Positions 15,144 through 30,875 of a stretch of 64,000 bases of DNA are shown piece by piece. The position numbers were made by a program, and so were the translations under genes. A model generated the notes under the pieces. It had not been told where the DNA came from. It saw only the letters and a list, made by a program, of their open reading frames with translations, and did not search any database. Source of the stretch: the human T2T-CHM13v2.0 reference genome, Homo sapiens. Position 1 is the stretch's first letter. Each line of letters opens with the position of its first letter. The stretch lies in NCBI RefSeq assembly GCF_009914755.1, contig NC_060925.1. One strand, written 5' to 3'.

Positions 15144-15958
15144 AAATCAATAGAACGGGATCTCAGTGGTTAAGCCGTCTTAACAGGGCCAGGTCTCTTG
15201 AGGTAGTTTTTGGGCCATCAGTTAATTACATCGACTTTCCAGGAAACAGACTATGGAGAATGAGAGGAATCAGACTGCCTGTCACACACCTCTCATGGAA
15301 CCCCCTAGTGACACCTATAAGGACGTTACAGATCTAGTTCCAGACTTTACAGATCTAGTTCTATTTTCTCAAGTTACAGATGGGGAAACTGAGGCCCCAG
15401 CAGGGGGAGGGGATGTATCTAAGTCACTAGTGAGTTGGCGGCAGTCAGGTCTCTTGATTCTTTTCCCCATACTCTCAGCCCAACTTCTCAGTGGAGAGGG
15501 GCTGGCAGGCCTGCTCTCTGGATAGAATGTAGCAAAAGGCCCGTGGTCAAACTGATACGGGGTGGGGAAGGTTGGTGGGCTCTCAGCCATCAGCCATTCT
15601 CATCTTACACGTGAAAAACTCAGCTGAGAGAAGGGAAGTGACTTCCCCCCTCAGGGTAACACCCAGGACTGGAGCTTGGATCTCCTGCTTCTCAGCCTCC
15701 TAGAAGCTTCCACAATGGAATACAAAAGGAAAGGTATATGGCGGCATGGCCAGTCTGGAGAAAGGGATCAAGTTAATGACTTTAAATACAAATAATCTGA
15801 ACAAATGACTAGATAAAAATTGATTTCCCTAACATGATCTCACCCTCCATGAGCTGTGCTGTTTCTGGAGAGAGCAGTCCAGGAAAGGGGTGTAGGAAAA
15901 TGCAGTGTTAGAACGAACACCAAGGCTGCAAATGGGGGCAGGGGTGGGCTGGGGGCAT

Positions 15959-17386
15959 TTAGACAGTCTGCACTGGGGTCAGTAAATCCATGACTCCATC
16001 TTTGGTGAGGAAGGCCACCTCACCAGTGTTCTGACACCAAACCTCAAAATGTGCAGGGTCCTCCAGGGCCCTCTTGCCAGCGATTATCACAAAGGGGTAG
16101 CCAAACTTGTTGGCATCTTTCAGTCTGTTTCCGATGGTCAGATGGGTCCTGTCGTCCAGGAGCACCTCCCCGTGAAGCTGAGGCACTGCCTCTGTGATGT
16201 GGTCGTACAGCTGCCCTATGAGCTCGGAGGCCGCCTGCTCCTTACTGCCCTTCTTAGGGGGGATGAGGCAGGCTTGGTAAGGGGCCAGTAGGCTGGGCCA
16301 GCGGACACAGTCTTCTGTAGAGAGGACTTCAATGGCAGCAGCCAAGATCCGTGTCACACCCAAGCCATAGCACCCCATTTCAGCCAGGGTTGGTTTGCCA
16401 CAGACATTGGTAAACTGGGCATTGAAAATGGATGAGTACTTGGTACCCAGGTAAAATGTGTGCCCCACCTCAATGCCTTTGGTTTTAGTCAATGGGCCCT
16501 GGCAAGCAGGGCAGTTCATTTGTGACAAGTCTAGTGTCTCCATGTTGGCTGAGAAGCTGCAGCGGGGACAGATGGCAAGCCGGTCCTCTCCAATATCCAC
16601 TGGGAGCTGGAACTCATGAGACACTGTGCCCCCGATGGTGCCCACATCGGCCTGGACCTTGACAAATGGCAGCCCTAGCTTGTTGAACAGGCTGCAGTAG
16701 GCATCACACACCAGGCTGTAGGTCTGCTGGGCAGCCTCTGGGGAGGAGTCAAAGGTGTACATATCCTTCATGTAAAACTCTCGGCCACGGAGAAGACCAA
16801 AGCGGGGCCTGGGCTCATCCCGAAACTTCCTTGTCACTTGGTACAGCAGGAAGGGAAGCTGCTTGTAGGACAGTTTCTTCTGGGAGGCAATTAAGGCCGT
16901 AATGGCTTCCTCGTGAGTTGGTCCTAAGCAGTATTCCTTGCCATGCCTGTCTCTAAGTCTTAGCAGCTCTTTGCCCATCAAGTCCCACCGGTTGGTGGCT
17001 TGCCAGAGCTCTGCCGGGCTGAGGCTGGGCATGTTGACTTTCTGGCCCCCGATGGCCTGCATCTCCTGGTCTATCACTCGCACGAGCTTCTCCATGGCAC
17101 GGACGGTATATGGCAGGAGGTGGTAACAGCCGGGGCTTGCTGGGTAGATCAGGCCCACCTGCAGCATCAGCCGCTGGCTCTTACAGGTCAGGTCATCAGA
17201 TTTGTCCTGCAGGGAGAGCACCCGGTCTTCCCGAAGGTTCTGTGGCTGGAACACACGAGACAGCAGCAGGCGCCGCCCTCTTCTTGGGGCACAGTGGTGA
17301 AACCTGCAAGGAACATACCCAGAGAGCTGGCGGCTGCAGGTGGCCAGGGCGGGCAATGCTCTGCATCTTGTCAGCAGCCCTTCCAT
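15959..17386 (-). CDS. PARS2: Mitochondrial prolyl-tRNA synthetase (class IIa), 475 aa, CDS in one exon
   Basis: ATG at 17386 (MEGLLTRCRALPAL..., Arg-rich presequence); LGPTHEE, motif 2 KFRDEPRPRFGLLRGREFYMKD, GIEVGHTFYLG, motif 3 MGCYGLGVTR, C-terminal anticodon-binding domain. Exon 2 acceptor ...TTTTCCTCAG|GTGCC at 17415. Confidence 0.98.
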   Translation of the reverse strand: MEGLLTRCRALPALATCSRQLSGYVPCRFHHCAPRRGRRLLLSRVFQPQNLREDRVLSLQDKSDDLTCKSQRLMLQVGLIYPASPGCYHLLPYTVRAMEKLVRVIDQEMQAIGGQKVNMPSLSPAELWQATNRWDLMGKELLRLRDRHGKEYCLGPTHEEAITALIASQKKLSYKQLPFLLYQVTRKFRDEPRPRFGLLRGREFYMKDMYTFDSSPEAAQQTYSLVCDAYCSLFNKLGLPFVKVQADVGTIGGTVSHEFQLPVDIGEDRLAICPRCSFSANMETLDLSQMNCPACQGPLTKTKGIEVGHTFYLGTKYSSIFNAQFTNVCGKPTLAEMGCYGLGVTRILAAAIEVLSTEDCVRWPSLLAPYQACLIPPKKGSKEQAASELIGQLYDHITEAVPQLHGEVLLDDRTHLTIGNRLKDANKFGYPFVIIAGKRALEDPAHFEVWCQNTGEVAFLTKDGVMDLLTPVQTV

Positions 17387-17654
17387 GACACCCTGGCACC
17401 GGGAAGCACAGGCACCTGAGGAAAAATGAGTTGTGTGAGAATGAGCCTCATCCGTGTTCCAACACCATGAAGCAGCCAACCCAGCCTGCTCTCAACAAAC
17501 TTCGAAGGCAGCCACTGATTTTGCAGATACAAATCCTTCCATTTCTAATATCCTAGCAGATCAAAGCACTATTTCTCTAACCTCTTACTTCCGTTTTTGA
17601 AAAATCAATATTTTCCTGATTATAAAAACATTAACAACATCCTGTGGAGAGACA

Positions 17655-17905
17655 GCGTCATGTAGTGAGTGCACAGGCTCTGGAATCAGGCAGCCTGGAT
17701 TCCAGTCAGGCCTCCCAATGGCTGCACCCTGTGTAGCTGGGGACATGTGTCTTAACCCCTCTGTGCTGTTTCTTCATCTGTAAAATGGTAATAACAACAG
17801 AACCTACCTTCTAGGCTTATTGTGGACACTTAGAAGAGTTATAAAAGTTCTTGGAACAGTATCTGGCATGTACTATGAGCTCAACTAATGTCTGCTATTA
17901 TTATT
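17655..17905 (+). mobile_element. MIR SINE in PARS2 intron
   Basis: GGCTCTGGAATCAGGCAGCCTGGATTC...CTTCATCTGTAAAATGGTAATAACA; boundaries approximate. Confidence 0.75.
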
Positions 17906-17948
17906 ATAGAAAACTAGGGGGGAAATCTGAAAACAAAAAAGAAAAGAA

Positions 17949-18254
<306 letters not shown>

Positions 18255-18329
18255 TCAACTGTAATCCCTCAGCCTGGAGTCAACTGCAGCTGACGTTTTG
18301 TTGCCATCTGTCTCTTGCAAACCCTGTCC

Positions 18330-19302
<973 letters not shown>

Positions 19303-20315
19303 CCATGCCCATTCTTAAACATACTGTCCCTTTTGCACAGAACACCCCTCTCCCCTTTTCCTGCCAACATCTAGCCGTCCTCTAGGCCTCAGGATTACCA
19401 TCCTCTCCCCAGGAAGCCTTTCTTGTCCCACTCCCCATACCCCCAAAGGGCTGGCTTTTCCCGCATAGCCCACTTGTCTCCTAGGGTTCCTGCCCATTTG
19501 GCTGTCTGTCTTCTCCCTGACACTTGGCTCAGTGCAAGCAAGGACCTGTCTAGCTTGCTCACCACTGTATCTTCAGCACATGACAGGGGCTTACTAGACA
19601 TTGTCCAATAGGCAAGTATGTTTCTCTGATTTTACAAAATAATCACACATTTCTAATGGCAGTACGACATTCCACTGATTACATCAAAAATCAGTAGTTG
19701 GTTTTCTCTGTTATACATAATCTACAATGAAGAGAAGGCTTTTTTTGTTATATATTTGGGAGAGGCGTTGAAGAATGGAATTACTGAATCAAAGGCTATA
19801 AATTCTTTTGAGACTTTTTATTTGTATTGCCAAATTTAGTGAGTACCTCTACTTTTCAGCACAGTCCATGCAACAAAGCTCCCGGCAGTATGCTGGGTAT
19901 GGGTTGCTGATTCCCCTCAGCTCTAGGGAGCTGGGATCTCCCAGCTGGTTACCTCTAGCAGCCTCAGGTCCTCCAGCTTGTCCCCTCCAACCTCAAGCAG
20001 CCTCATTCATTTCCCCTGTGCACTGTACAAATGTTTAAAGGTGGTCAGGCACTGCCACAGAGCCCTAGTGTGGTGTTGTAGGAACGTACGGGCCATGGAG
20101 GCAAGGCACATGTGGATTCACCCCTGGCTCTATAACTTCCTTGTGATCCAACCTTACTTAGGGCAGTGGCTCCAGCCAGAAACTCATCCTTGATTCCTCC
20201 TAAAGCAAATGAGTCTGTCTCAAGGTTTCCCTTAAGTCCACCCCCTCCTTTCTGGCCCTTACTGCCTCAACATTAGGTTAGCCCCTCAATACCACTTGCT
20301 ACATTACAGTTACCC

Positions 20316-20812
20316 AGTGGTTCTGAAATCTAATTGAGCATCAGAATCGCTGGAGGGCTTGTTTTTTTTTTTTTTTTTTTAGAGACAGAGTTCACTCTAT
20401 CACCCAGGCTGGAGTGCAGTGGTGCAATGTCAGATCACTGCAACCTCCGTACCCCCAGCCTCAAGAGATTCTCTTGCCTCAGCCTCCTGAGTAGCTGGAA
20501 TTACAGGCATGTGCCACCATGCCCAACTATTTTTCATATTTTTAGTACAGACAGAGTTTCACCATGTTGGCCAGGCTGGTCTCAAACTCCTTGACCTCAA
20601 GTGATCAGCCCGCCACGGCCTCCCAAAGTGCTGGGATTACAGGCGTGAGCCACCATGCCCGGTTGGGTTTGTTAAAACAGTGATTGCAGAGGCCCATCTC
20701 CAGAGCTTCTCATTTAGTAAGTTTGGGGTGTGGGCAGAGAACCTGTATTTCTAACAAGTTCCCAGGTGACACAGATGCTGCTGGTCCAGGGACCCCACTG
20801 GGAGAACCACTG
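20316..20812. mobile_element. MER5A split by a minus-strand AluS (20362-20663)
   Basis: TIRs CAGTGGTTCT / AGAACCACTG; Alu TSD GGG(C/T)TTGTT. Confidence 0.88.
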
Positions 20813-20949
20813 CAGGGGTCTAGCTGTGTACCACCAATGACTAATGTCTTAAACTCCATGAAGACGACAGCTATGTCTATTTTATTCCAAGTTTTATCTG
20901 CAGCATTCAGCACAGTGCCTGGACACAGTGGACACTCAATAACATGTTC

Positions 20950-21107
<158 letters not shown>

Positions 21108-22189
21108 TGAATGAATGGAGTAATTCTTGAACCCTGTCAGTCCAGTCTCCGTATTAGTCTCCAGCTAAAAAGATAGCTGACCCAATCACTCCCCTGTTTA
21201 CAATCCATTAACGGCTGGCTCTCATAATTTTCTCAGAATGGCACCAAAGCTCTTCACATTTTGATCCCAACACACCTCTTCCAGCTTCTTATCCTAGCAT
21301 TCCCCAAGTTGCTCATTATTCTTGAAACAGACTGACCTCCCCCCAACCCCCAGCAATTCCAACTGGAATTCAAGGTTCACTTACTCCAAGAAACTTTCTC
21401 CAACCCCTCTAAACAGAGAAAGTCACCTCCTCTGTGCTCCACTGCACACACCTCTTTTTAGTATACTGTATTAGAATCATCTCCAAAAATATTTTTGAGG
21501 AACTATTGTGTGCCAGGCATTGGAAGCGAATGGTGTTTCACATACAATTTTTTTTCTTTCTGGGGGTGTGTACGGGGGCCAGGAGGGGAGGTCAGTGTCG
21601 ATGTTTAACATTCTATTCCTTGATGAAATTACAAGTTTATGAAGTTTTATACATCTTTAAATTTCAGAGTCTCGCATAATGCCTACTATTTAGGCTATTA
21701 TTATCTGTTGATCAAATATGTTAATAAATTAAGAGCAAAGCAAACAGGTGCAATGATATAATTATCTGGATAATTTAAACGAGAGCTTTAAACTCTTCTC
21801 CTCCACGTTTAGCATGTCTGTCCTCAGACCCCTCAGCTTATACAAACAGGAGAATAAGTAGAATTATCTCAGTTTTTCAGGAGCAATACAGTAACTAACG
21901 TATGCAACACTTCAGGCTCTGGCAAACAGCCTCTGAGACATTCAGTCGATTTTTTTGAGTACCTACTCTGTCGGGACACTGTCAGCCCTTCCAGCCCAGG
22001 CCTTTTTAAAGATTCTTTGACTCACCATTGCCCCCCAATCTAATCAGAAAAGTTGTACCTAAAGCGTTTACAACCGTACCTGATACATAATATTAAGTCT
22101 CACAAAGTGCTATTATTATTATTATTATGCCCAACTCAGAAAAGGGAGGCTCTGAAATATAAAGTCACTTGTGTCAAGCCACACAGCAA

Positions 22190-23105
22190 ATAAGCGCAGG
22201 GTCGGGCCTGGAAGGCAAGGTCCCCGCCTCCAAATCCTACAGTTTCCATCACGAACTGTGCTACATTAAACAGCAATGGAACCCTAGGCCTAGTTCTAAG
22301 AACAAGCTCGGCCTTCACTCGCTCGGTGACCCTGGACCACTCACTTCGCCCCGGACCTCCGTTTTCTCCAACATAAAACGGGAAGGCTGGCTCAGGCAGC
22401 AGGTGGTCCCAGGGCCTTTCCAGAGCTGGCACTTCGAGAACTGTGTGACTCTCACGACGACCGAGGGAGAGACCAGGAAGTGCTGCCCTCATTTTACAAC
22501 GGAGGACACGGAGACCAGGAGTATCGAAAAGTTTATGGGATTCTCGCCCGCCCCAACTCAAGGACGGGATGCAAGTGGGAAAACGGACACCAGGGTCCTA
22601 GGTCTCCGCGCCCACACCGCGTGCTCGCTTCATTTCGCTGCCCGCGCCCGTCCCTCAGGTCTGGGAGTCACCCACGTTCACCTACCGCAATCCCAGCCCA
22701 CGCCTCCCGCAAGACCACCGCCGTGCCGGGCCAGCGCGCTTGCGCCTCGAGCAAGCCCGCTCCTAAGCCCCGCCTCCTGCCCTTTTCGCCAATTGCAAAG
22801 CCGCGCTCACGGAGGCGGGGCCGAGGGCAGGGGCGCTCTGGCCCCGCCCCACGCTAGGCGCGCGTGAGAGGTTTTCCGGAAGTGTAGCCAAAGAGCGAGT
22901 ACCCGGCTTTCCCCAAGATCGTTGATTGGCCAGGGCAGCCTTGAGTAAATCACCGTTCCGGAAGTACTTTCTAGGAACTTGGGAGGTATAACTCTATGAT
23001 GACTTGAGGGTGCTCTTCCTGCCCCTGCCAGGCCCCGCCCACTCCCCCAATAGGAGAACCACTGGCGACAGTGTAACCATGACGACACACTGGGCAGTGT
23101 AGTTT
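22190..23105. promoter_or_regulatory. PARS2: PARS2 CpG-island promoter
   Basis: CpG-rich; NRF1-like GCGCTTGCGC 22736-22745; CCAAT 22789-22793 and ATTGG 22925-22929; GC boxes; two TTCCGGAAGT ETS/GABP sites (22874-22883, 22956-22965); ZNF143-like motif 23086-23105. Confidence 0.85.
22686..22745 (-). other. PARS2: PARS2 non-coding exon 1 (TSS approximate)
   Basis: Donor GATTGCG|GTAGGT at 22686/22685 inside the CpG island; splices to the acceptor at 17415. Confidence 0.75.
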
Positions 23106-23578
23106 CTAATCTATCCTATGATTTTTACGGGCTTTCCATTTAAATAGTATAAAATTGTGAAACAGTTTGAGAAAGACGCCTTTATTACAGTGCCCAAGAC
23201 AGTCTTTAAGACACAGATTCAAACTTCCATTCACAAAATATTTTTTGAGCTGCTACCACGTAGAAGCCACTGCTGTAGACACTGGGGACAGTGAAGTGAA
23301 CCAAACAGACAAAATTAACTGCGTTCAGTGTAGCTTGTGTTCTAGAGAGGACACAGTCAATAAACCAATAGAGCGAAATTTAAGCAGGGCAGGGAATGGG
23401 AGCAAAGAACTCAGTAACCAAGATAAACAGTATTTTAATACAATTGTTTTTTTAAAAAAACAAAATGCAAAAAATCCATGGCAAACAAAATATCAAAATT
23501 TAAAAGAATCTGTCAGTCAGATGGTGATAAGGGCTATAAAGAAAAAATTAGAGAAGGAGAATGGAGTGGGGGAGTTAA

Positions 23579-23890
<312 letters not shown>

Positions 23891-24473
23891 AAGTGTTTGC
23901 AATTTAAAATAGGAGGATCAGGAAAAACCTCATCAAGTAGGTGGCGTTTTTAGCAAAGACCAGAAGGGGGTGAGAGACAGAGCCTTGCAGGGGAAGAAAT
24001 TTCCAGACACAGGAAACAAGAAATGCAAATGTCCTGAAGTGGGAACTGCATGTTATATAACTCAACCTGATAACAACTACAGTTATTGAATGCCTAAAAC
24101 ATACCAGACCCAATGCAAGACACTGGTGATTCCGATACTGGCCCCAAGAAGCTCTCAGTACGACAGGATCTTCCAGGAACAACTCCGTGTGATCAGTGGT
24201 GTGATAGGGGCTGAGCAAACCCCTGCGGGAGCGTGGGAAAAGAAGGCTTCACTGAGGAGGTTACCTTTGAGCTGGACCTGAAGGATGAATGGGGTCTACC
24301 CAGACAAGAATGGCAGTGGGAGTGGAGTGCCAATGTTCAGGCAGAGGGACCAGGACATTCAAAGGCACAGCTCAGGAAATGATGAGCCAGTGTGAGGGAA
24401 GCATGGGGTGTGGTGTGGTTTACATCTTTATTTCTCCCAGCTCCTCACACAGAGCTTGGCACACAGGCCAGAG

Positions 24474-24613
24474 CAGTGATTCTCAACCTTGACTGCATTA
24501 GAGTCATTATATGCACCCACTGCCACCCTCTGTCCCAAGATGCTGGTTGTGCAGACATTATTATTTTATAGTTCCCCAGGAAATTCTAATGTGCACCGGG
24601 GTTAGATCTGCAG
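24474..24613. mobile_element. MER5A-type MITE
   Basis: CAGTGATTCTCAACCTTGACTGCATTAG...CCCCAGGAAATTCTAATGTGCA. Confidence 0.7.
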
Positions 24614-27394
24614 CCCTAGAGGAAAGGCACTGGACAACCTAGTGGTGGAGGCGGCAGGGGTAGATGCCATGTTATTATCCTGGTCTTACAGTTGAAGAAA
24701 ACACAGCTTGGGTGGAGCACACGACTGCATTTGCCTACCAGCTAGGAGGCCAGGCAGGGCTGGGGTGGACCTGAGCTCTTTTGTCTCTAAGAGCCTTGCT
24801 CAGCCTTTATAGCCCAGAGCTGTGGTAGAGGCTTTCCCCAAGGAGTGCAGTCCCAGAGGTTTCGCTGGACTGATATTTCTCACTCCTCCTCTTTGGGGGC
24901 AGGGGGCAAATAAACTTCAGAATTTCTTGGATCTACATATCCAAAGTAGCCTTTAATTTCTCCCTGTTCCTGTGCACGTTGTTACATCCCTTCCGATCCT
25001 GGAAAAGCCAGGCAGCTGTCCTCAGCACCCTGAGGTGTTAATTATTTCTCAATTAGCAGTCCCTAGGCTGTAGAGCATAGTGGTGTGGAGAGGCCTAATG
25101 ACTTGCCGTGTTTATACACCCCCACATCTTCAGAGCACTTTACCAATGGTAACTAATTAATGCTCACAACCCCCTTGGGAGGCAGGCCAAGAATGCTGCA
25201 TTTTACTGTGAGATTGCAGGAGGCTCTGTAGCTCCAGGCTGCAGAGTCCTATCAAGACAGTCACAGAGTAGATTTGCTCCCCATTGAGAGAGTCCAGGGT
25301 GGTGGAGATCCCAAGGTCGTGGAAACCCAGAATCTAGCCCTGTTGCTGCTAGTGACTTCCTGTGCGATATTTCAGTCAATCAATTGATCAGAATTTATTG
25401 AATGACTTAGTTTACAGAGCTTATTCATGGTTAAAGCCCCATGACGCACCACTCCACCCCCTGCAATAAAAACAAAAACAAAAAAACCCACACAGAAAAA
25501 AATCTATTCATTCCCTCATTTATTAATTGGTTATCACAAAGAAATAAAGCAAGAAGAGGACTCCACACCTGCCTTGGTGCCCCACAGCTCTGGGGACACA
25601 CCACGCACTTAGCAATTTCCCTTAGCCAGAATAGGATCTCCTTGAGGGCAAGAAAAGGTTTTGCTTTTTTCTCTATCCTCATCCCTGAGCAGAGGGCCTG
25701 GCCCGGTGTTGGGGCTTATCACAGGGTTTTGCTTTTTGGTTTATGTGTTGTTTTAATATAGCAATCAATAAATGAATGGATGGTTTGTCTTCCCTCAGAT
25801 CATGGGCTCCTCTGAGGACACACTGAATCGTCCTTGCATCCAGAGCCCCTTGCCTGGCATCAGGAGGGGCTCTGAATGTGTGTTGAATAAGCAAATGAAG
25901 GCAGAGTTAATGATGAACTCCCCAACCTCATGAGCTCACGGCCTCCTGGAGAGGCTGCCTTTGAAAGCGGTGACACAGTGCCCTGTGGTAAGAAGCTGTG
26001 AGGAGGGAAGTGCAAGGTGCCGAGCGAACACACTGCAGATTGGGGGGTTGGGAAAGGACGTGACATTCAGCCATGAGGTGGGATCAGGGAGGGCTTCTCA
26101 GAGGAGGGGTACTTGGAATTGACCTTAAGGAATACATAGGAGCTTCCCAAGCCAAAAATGGGATGGAAAGACATTCTGGTCAGAGAGGCAATAAATTGCT
26201 TCTGATAAGGAAGATGGCTAGAGATAGTTCTGGCTGGAGCATAGAGCACCCCCAGGTGTCATGGACACACAGCTGGACAGCCATCAGAAGCCAGGTGCAG
26301 CAGGGTCTGCTGGACAAATCTCTGAGTTTATCTCCATCTTTGTGGCCATTGAAACCTTTCTGATGAGGAACGATACTCCTCTCTGCCCCTCTCTTCCCCC
26401 CAACACACACAAACTCCTGCTCTGAGCACAATCCCTGGACACTTTGCGTCCCACTCTGTAGCATGGACTTGTCGTAACTTGAAAGTATAATTGGCACCAC
26501 AGGGAGGCAGCCTTCTCCTCTGCTGCATGCCCCTAGGCAGACACTGCTCATGTGAGAAGCAGGCCTGTGGGCAAAAGAGGGTTCTACACCAGGAGAGGAC
26601 TGGTCCACTGTGTTTCTTTGTCTGAAGTGAGAGCTCAGATTGGAGGAGGAGGATGGCGAGAGAGGCCGGAAAGGAGACTCCTATAATAGCCCAGACTAGG
26701 GCAGTGGGTGGGAGAGGAAGAGACAGATTCCAGAGACATCTGTCCAGAGACAGTCCACCTGGTGGACTCCTGAGCCCACCCCTGCACCCTTAGCCCAGCT
26801 CAGCCCAGACAGGCTGGACTGTGAGGGTGGCTTTGCAGTCAGGAAGGCCTTGACTAGGAATCTGCCCAGGCTCTTCTCAGCTACATGACCTTGGTGAGTT
26901 ACTTATACATTTCTTTATCCATAAGACAGAAATCATAATAGCATCCCATGGGGCTGTTATGAAGGGACACTGAGCAATGTCATCGAAAGCTTCCAGCCCA
27001 TCCCTCAACACTTATTTACTCACTTTCTCTCCCATGTTGACTCTGGGGACCTTACTGCTCCCCTCATCCATCGTAAGGAGAGAACCCTCATCCTACTGCT
27101 GCTGCCTCTGGTTCTGAAAGACTCCCCACTCTCGCCACTGTGTAGGATGCAAATCTTTGGTCTTTGAGAGCCCCTTCTCCTTGGGCCCAGAGCACACCAC
27201 TTGTTCATTTTTTCAGTGCCTAAGCCTAGCAGAGTGGAGGCCAGCAGGGATCAGGAAGGTGGGACTCTGTTTTTATGAGGAGTCCTCAGAATTAGAGTGT
27301 GGCTACTACTATCATCACCATCCACATCATCAGTAACATTTATGGAGCCCTTGCCATGTGCCAGGGACAATATTAACTACTTTACACCCATGTC

Positions 27395-27713
27395 TTTTTC
27401 TTTCTTTCTTTCTTTCTTTTTTAAGACACAGTCTTGCTCTGTCGCTTAGGATGGAGTGCAGTGGCTTGAGCTCGGCTCAGTGCAACCTCTGCCTCCCAGG
27501 TTCAAGCAATTCTCATGCCTCAGCCTCCTGAGTAGCTGGGACTACAGGTGCACACCAGCACGCCCAGCTATTTTTTTTTTTTTTTTTTGTATTTTAGTAG
27601 AGACGGGGTTTCACATGTTGTCTAGGCTGGTCCAGAACTCCTGAGCTCGGGCAATCTGCCACCTTGGCCTCCCAAAGTGTTGGGATTACAGGCGTGAGCC
27701 ACCACGCCTGGCC
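27395..27713 (-). mobile_element. Alu (S/J)
   Basis: Full reverse dimer with (CTTT)n tail. Confidence 0.93.
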
Positions 27714-28669
27714 CATTTTACCCCTATGTCTGATTAAATCCTTAGAACATCTCCAGGAGGCATAAATATCACGGTTATATCCATTTTACAAATGAGGCAA
27801 CCACGGCTCAGAAAATTTGGTTGGCTTCTCCATGGTCAACACAATTAGTAAACGGGGAAGAAGGGAGTCATACCCGGGCTTGTTGGATGCACAGCCTGAT
27901 GTCTACACTCACAGCTTCCAATAGCAACTTATTTGTATCAGGCATGTCTTGACCCAGCACCAAAACTGCAGGAGCAATCACCCAAACAGACCCTGTCTGA
28001 CTTGGCCCCTCTGTCTGGAGGCCTGCTCTTCAGCTCAGTGGCACCCCCATCAGGAGCCCTTCCTTGAAGGCCCCTTGGGCAGAGACTCTCCCTCTCCTGG
28101 CACCCCTTATAATTTTGTCTTTGTCTCCCATCTGACCGGCTCACTCTCTGACATGTGTCACAATTGTGTGTGTAAGTGTGACAGGGCAAACAGACCTGAG
28201 TGCAAATCCTCATTTTGTTACCTACTTACCATATGGTCATTGGTGAGATACTCAACCTCCTCAAACCTCAGATGCCTTATCCTTAAAATAGTAGTGACAT
28301 CTCCCTCATGAAGCTGTAATGAAGATGAAATGAGTTTGCCCATGTAAAGGGCTTAGTACAGTGCCTGGCGCATAATCAGGGTTCAATAATGTTTGCTATT
28401 ATTATTATTGTTGATGTTGATGGCAGTGCCCATGGCTGGCATGATGCCTGGCACACAGCAGGTTATGTAGCACATACAAAAAGTTCATCTCTTTATCCCA
28501 CTAGACTGCAAGCTCCCAGAGGGGAGGGCCCATGTTTATCTCTGGCCCTGCTAGATGTCATAATGAATCTCAATACATATTGGCCAAATTAATGTATTTC
28601 TAAATAATTCCATCAATTCATAATAATGCCCTGCTAAAAATGCAATAGAGCAAAACCAGTAATAGTTAA

Positions 28670-29041
<372 letters not shown>

Positions 29042-29994
29042 TAGCTCTATGGAGCACTGGGCACAGCCAGTAGTCTGGGGCACAGTGTGGGTGCTCCAGG
29101 ACAAAGGCAAAAATCAAATGTATGTGTGTCTGGGTGTGATTCCAGCAGTTTATCTGGTGTCCCTCATCTGGAACGATGATGGGAATTCAGTTCCTTTTGA
29201 GAAAACCCCCTTTTCTCTTTGGTGCAGGCTTTTGGTTTAGGCGTGTGGGGTTGACGAATACAATGTTAAACATGGTAGAGTCCATGCCCTCCAAAGTTGG
29301 TGGCTTAGAGAGGGGAGTGCAACATCTGGATCCAGACATACCTGGGTTTTCTTCCTAGCTTCAGCATTCACTGGCTGTGTGATCCGGGCAAGTGATTAGA
29401 CCTATCTGGCCTTCAGTTACTCTATGATGGGGTCGGTAACCCCCCTGAAATGTTTTGGGGATCAAGCAAACAACAGTACAAAACTTTGCAAACTGAAAGA
29501 ACTGTATTAGTGATAGAAATACATTAGTGATAGACGTATATTCAGATCATCTGTTTGTAAGATTAAGGGTATAATGAGATAATGACTTTTAAGTAATTAA
29601 ATGAGATTAGGTACGTAAAGCACTCAAAGGGCCCCGGCACAGAGTGCTCATCCAGCATTAACCATTGTTAATACTCCCTTGCACCTGCTGCTCCTCTAAC
29701 TGGCAGCTGTCCCCGCAGCCCCATTTCCACAGGGCTCACTCCTTCGCCTCCTTTGTGTCTTTGCTGGAATGTCACCTTTGAAGCCAGAACTTCCTGACAC
29801 CCTATTTTTCGCTTCAATCTACTCCTACTTCCAGCACCTCCAGCACTCCTGATACTCTCTCTCTTGCTTCATTTTTCTCCATAGCATTTATTGCCATTTA
29901 ATATAGTAAATATCTTTCGCATCTTTTGGTTTACTTGTATTCTGTTCCCCACCCCACCCCTAGCCCCAGTAGAATGTAAGCTCCATGAGGGTAG

Positions 29995-30793
<799 letters not shown>

Positions 30794-30820
30794 GCCTAGA
30801 TCAACTCATGGCACATTGTA

Positions 30821-30875
30821 TTAGCTTGATGCAAAAGTAATGGCAAAAACCATGATTACTTTTGCACCAACCTAG
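30821..30875. mobile_element. Internally deleted MADE1 (Hsmar1 mariner MITE)
   Basis: TA|TTAGCTTGATGCAAAAGTAA...TTACTTTTGCACCAACCTAG|TA; 55 bp versus ~80 bp consensus. Confidence 0.85.

Noticed and set aside
15326-15361. TTACAGATCTAGTTC duplicated at 21-nt spacing in the PARS2 3'UTR
   Set aside because: Small slippage duplication beside a MIR fragment; two copies only, not an array.
17387-17479. 31-aa N-terminal extension of PARS2 in the ORF track (506 aa)
   Set aside because: It starts at a non-ATG codon and crosses the splice acceptor at 17415 into the intron; the real start is the ATG at 17386.
22169-22867. 232-aa + strand ORF across the PARS2 promoter
   Set aside because: Non-ATG start, MIR- and CpG-island-derived, no recognisable domain.
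26752-26768. Perfect palindrome AGTCCACC-T-GGTGGACT
   Set aside because: 8-bp arms are expected by chance about once in 64 kb, and the CTCF match is incomplete.
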